This document shows, piece by piece, positions 60,596 through 64,000 of a DNA stretch of 64,000 bases (positions are counted from its first letter, which is position 1; each line of letters opens with the position of its first letter). Both the position numbers and the translations under genes were made by a program. The stretch lies in the NCBI GenBank assembly GCA_050331735.1, contig JBHJGN010000023.1, positions 1-64,000 on the forward strand, in the 5' to 3' direction. Below the pieces are notes generated by a model, which ran no database searches, was not told where the DNA came from, and saw nothing but the letters and a program-made list of their open reading frames with translations. Source of the DNA: Cyanophyceae cyanobacterium (GTDB taxonomy: Bacteria; Cyanobacteriota; Cyanobacteriia; Cyanobacteriales; JBHJGN01).

Positions 60596-61759
60596 ATGGG
60601 TCGCGTTGGGGTTTTACTACTAAATTTAGGGGGACCAGATCGCTTAGAGGATGTTCGTCCTTTTCTATATAATCTGTTTGCTGACCCAGAAATTATTCGT
60701 CTGCCGTTTCCCTGGCTACAAAAGCCCCTAGCCTGGTTGATTTCGACATCGAGAGCGAAGAAATCACGGAATAATTATCGAGAGATCGGCGGTGGTTCTC
60801 CGCTGAGGAAAATTACGGAAGCGCAAGGACAAGCTCTGCAAGAGCGGCTGGCAGAAGATGGGCAGGCGGCGAAGGTGTATATCGGGATGCGCTATTGGCA
60901 TCCGTTTACCCAAGAGGCGATCGCCAAAATTAAGCGCGACCACATCAAAGAGCTGGTCATTTTGCCACTCTACCCCCATTTCTCGATTAGTACCAGTGGC
61001 TCAAGCTTCCGAGTCCTCGAAGAAATGTGGAAAGAAGACCCAGCTCTTCGGCTAATTGAATATACTATCATTCCTTCCTGGTATGACCACCCAGGCTACA
61101 TCCAGGCCATGGCAGCTCTCCTGGCTCAAGAGCTACAGCAATTTGCTGACCCCGACCGCGTACACATCTTTTTCAGCGCCCACGGCGTTCCGCTTAGCTA
61201 CGTTGAAGAGTCTGGAGACCCCTACCAGCAACAGATTGAGGAATGTACTCGCTTGATCATGAACGCGCTGGCGCGCTCGAATGACTTTACCCTGGCCTAC
61301 CAAAGCCGTGTCGGTCCTGTAGAATGGCTGAGACCTTACACCGAAGACGCCCTGCAAGAATTAGGAGAGCAGGGTGTCGAAGATCTACTCGTTGTTCCTA
61401 TTAGCTTTGTTTCTGAGCATATCGAAACGCTTCAGGAAATCGATATCGAGTACCGAGAGATTGCTGAAGATGCAGGCATTCAAAACTTTCGGCGTGTTCC
61501 AGCCTTGAACACTCATGCTGAATTTATCAACTCCTTGGCGGATTTAGTGGTAGAAGCCCGACAGAACCCACCACAAACCTTTGCAGAAATCCCTCGTCCC
61601 CAAAAGAACATGAAAATGTACCCGCAAGAACGGTGGGAGTGGGGGATGACAACCACGGCTGAAGTTTGGAACGGTCGTCTAGCGATGGTCGGCTTTGTGG
61701 CTCTGCTGCTAGAAATTATTAGTGGCAATGGACTACTGCATTTTGTTGGGCTGCTCTAG
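60596..61759 (+). CDS. hemH: ferrochelatase with C-terminal CAB domain
   Basis: [53 protein letters not shown] motif. Confidence 0.96.
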   Translation: MGRVGVLLLNLGGPDRLEDVRPFLYNLFADPEIIRLPFPWLQKPLAWLISTSRAKKSRNNYREIGGGSPLRKITEAQGQALQERLAEDGQAAKVYIGMRYWHPFTQEAIAKIKRDHIKELVILPLYPHFSISTSGSSFRVLEEMWKEDPALRLIEYTIIPSWYDHPGYIQAMAALLAQELQQFADPDRVHIFFSAHGVPLSYVEESGDPYQQQIEECTRLIMNALARSNDFTLAYQSRVGPVEWLRPYTEDALQELGEQGVEDLLVVPISFVSEHIETLQEIDIEYREIAEDAGIQNFRRVPALNTHAEFINSLADLVVEARQNPPQTFAEIPRPQKNMKMYPQERWEWGMTTTAEVWNGRLAMVGFVALLLEIISGNGLLHFVGLL

Positions 61760-61841
61760 ATTTGGGAGCAATCGGCAAGGCAAAAGCTTGACTCAGCGAT
61801 CGTCGTACGCCGATTGGCGCTGCTTTCATCTTTGCCAACTG

Positions 61842-62405
61842 TTACCCTTTCCCGCTCGCGGAGCGACTATACCAGCGTCGCCATTCATTGGAAGTGCGAA
61901 TCGCCAACCAGAGCAGCAGCATGGCCACAATTCCCCCTTGCTGGGGAGCCTCGAAAGCAAATAGCACTAAACAGGTGCAGAGCAAATCTTCTGCAAACAC
62001 GACCCACAGAGGAAGACCTCGCAGCCGAAAAAACCAGCCAACTTCAACCAGCTTAAGGACAAGGGCTAGTCCACCGCCGCTCATACCCACTAGCCAGACA
62101 GGTCCGATAGCCAAGTTGGTTGTTTGCAACACGACTATCCCCATCAAACAGCCAACCACAGGGCAAAGTATCAACTGAATGAGCTGTAAAATGCGCTGTC
62201 CCAGTAACTTTTTGGAAGCGAGTAGCTCAAACAAAGACCAGCTCACTAGAATGCTGAGAATCACTTGAGGATGAATATATTTGAGAATCGATACATCTGT
62301 TTGCCAACGATGGCTATAGAGTAAGCAAATCACGGTTAACGGAAGCGCAATTCTCATTCCGGCTGCTGCTGAGGCAGAAAAAACCGCTAGAAGGGCAGTA
62401 AGCAT
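61842..62405 (-). CDS. DUF4126 family membrane protein
   Basis: SASAAAGMRIALP, WSLFELLASKKLLGQR, FAED. Confidence 0.78.
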   Translation of the reverse strand: MLTALLAVFSASAAAGMRIALPLTVICLLYSHRWQTDVSILKYIHPQVILSILVSWSLFELLASKKLLGQRILQLIQLILCPVVGCLMGIVVLQTTNLAIGPVWLVGMSGGGLALVLKLVEVGWFFRLRGLPLWVVFAEDLLCTCLVLFAFEAPQQGGIVAMLLLWLAIRTSNEWRRWYSRSASGKG

Positions 62406-62637
62406 AACGTTTTGGCAAACTAACGTGCTTCCTTAAATTCAGGATGATGGTCAGGCGCGGCTACAGAAGGGCTTAAAGTTCTGACTTCCTGCTAGGAGCT
62501 GAGTTTGTAATCAATTATTCCCAGTTCTGAACAGTTTTAGTTCACAAGCAGCAGATAAAAAGTAACAATTAGCGTGCTTGTTTGAGTCTTTAATAGAAAT
62601 TGTAGAGATAGGTCTTCGCCTCCCCCCCTCATGCCTC

Positions 62638-63924
62638 ATGACTGATTCGTTACTCACCGATGCCAGTTCTCGACTAGAGCAGGCTTTAAAGTATATTTCT
62701 ATTTCAGACGATGCCGTGCAAAGACTGAAGCATCCGAAAGCTAGCCTCAGTGTTTCAATTCCAGTCAGGATGGATAACGGTTCGTTAACGGTCTTCCAGG
62801 GTTATCGGGTGCGGTATGACGATACCAGCGGTCCTGGCAAAGGAGGCGTACGGTATCATCCGGGGGTAACGATCGATGAAGTGCAGTCTCTCGCCTTCTG
62901 GATGACATTTAAAGCTGCCTTGCTGAATCTTCCCTTTGGTGGTGCGAAGGGAGGAATTGCTCTCAATCCTAAAGACCTGTCCAAGGCAGAGCTGGAACGG
63001 TTGAGCCGTGCCTATATCGAGGCGATCGCTGACTCTATCGGTCCCGATAAAGATATTTTAGCCCCGGATGTTTATACCAATGCCACCATCATGGGCTGGA
63101 TGATGGACCAATACAGCATTATTCAGCGAAAAATCACTCCCGGAGTCGTAACGGGAAAACCGTTGGCGTTAGGCGGCTCTCAAGGACGAAATCAGGCGAC
63201 GGCTGCCGGAGCTTTTGCCGCTATGCAGACAATTCTAGCGAAATACGGTCAGCCTCCCCAACAAACCACGGTAGCCATTCAGGGATTTGGCAATGTCGGA
63301 GCCGGACTCGCCACATTACTGTTTCACGTTGGTTATCGAATCGTAGCCGTCAGCGATTCTCAAGGCGGCATCTATGCCTCGCAAGGCTTAGATATTCCGA
63401 GCGTCCATCGCTACAAACAAGAACGCCATACCATGCAAGCAGTGTATTGCCAAAAAAGCGTTTGCAATATCGTTGAACATCAAACGATTAGCAACGAAGA
63501 ACTCTTGACCCTCGATGTGGATGTCCTTATTCCCGCTGCCTTAGAAAATCAGCTCACGGCGGCTAACGCCGCTGACGTTCGGGCCCAATTTATCTTTGAA
63601 TTAGCGAACGGTCCCACGACCTCTGAGGCGGACCAAATCTTAGAACGAAAAGGCACTGCTATCTTCCCCGACATTCTCATGAATGCAGGCGGCGTGACCG
63701 TTAGCTACTTTGAATGGGTTCAAAACCGCAGCGGGCTGTACTGGACTTTAGCAGAAGTCGAGCAGCGGCTCCAGGAGAAGATGAAGCAAGAAACTGAAAC
63801 CGTGTGGTCGCTTGCCCAAGAACTCTCTGTCTCTATGCGTACAGCCGCCTATATCCACGCCCTTAAGCGCCTGGGAGAAGCCCTCGATGCCAAAGGAACC
63901 AGAAACTATTTCGTTGGTCGCTAG
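62638..63924 (+). CDS. gdhA: Glu/Leu/Phe/Val dehydrogenase (glutamate dehydrogenase)
   Basis: GPGKGGVRY, PFGGAKGG, APDV, VTGKP, QGFGNVG, ELANGP, NAGGVTVSYFEW; likely ATG 62638. Confidence 0.92.
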   Translation: MTDSLLTDASSRLEQALKYISISDDAVQRLKHPKASLSVSIPVRMDNGSLTVFQGYRVRYDDTSGPGKGGVRYHPGVTIDEVQSLAFWMTFKAALLNLPFGGAKGGIALNPKDLSKAELERLSRAYIEAIADSIGPDKDILAPDVYTNATIMGWMMDQYSIIQRKITPGVVTGKPLALGGSQGRNQATAAGAFAAMQTILAKYGQPPQQTTVAIQGFGNVGAGLATLLFHVGYRIVAVSDSQGGIYASQGLDIPSVHRYKQERHTMQAVYCQKSVCNIVEHQTISNEELLTLDVDVLIPAALENQLTAANAADVRAQFIFELANGPTTSEADQILERKGTAIFPDILMNAGGVTVSYFEWVQNRSGLYWTLAEVEQRLQEKMKQETETVWSLAQELSVSMRTAAYIHALKRLGEALDAKGTRNYFVGR

Positions 63925-64000
63925 TTCTAACTAAGCCGGAGGAAAAGAAATTGGTTCCTTTTCCCTTTACCCCTGATCCTTTTCCCATCCCGGAGGGTCA

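Noticed and set aside
62507..62520. NtcA site upstream of gdhA
   Set aside because: GTA-N8-TTC is only a partial match and could arise by chance in AT-rich DNA.

Overview
Chromosomal window from a cyanobacterium: HIP1 octamer GCGATCGC is abundant, and psaX, btpA, sipA, ycf34, rimO-crhR and a CAB-domain hemH are present. The left ~33.7 kb is a patchwork of accessory modules. It holds a Phd/PIN toxin-antitoxin pair and an FRG + methyltransferase + VOC cluster. It also holds an AT-rich membrane gene fused to an antitoxin-like tail in front of a broken vapC, and a K+/cation homeostasis module (KinB-like kinase, REC-TPR regulator without a DNA-binding domain, CPA2-Usp antiporter with a homopolymer frameshift, dead REC gene, TrkA-N, TrkA, TrkH). 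Next come a GH57-like gene, Uma2, a small MITE, and a Wsp/ACF-like chemosensory operon whose CheB has a degenerate receiver and which has no output protein. The block ends with two PEP-CTERM proteins, glgA, an alkaline/neutral invertase and a Tat-exported PhoX-like phosphatase. The right ~30 kb is mostly conserved core genes. Intergenic DNA carries a family of tiny sequence-variable but structure-conserved hairpins attached to GGGGAAA heptamers. No tRNA, rRNA, CRISPR array or intact transposase was seen. Family calls come from motif recognition by eye; no database searches were run.
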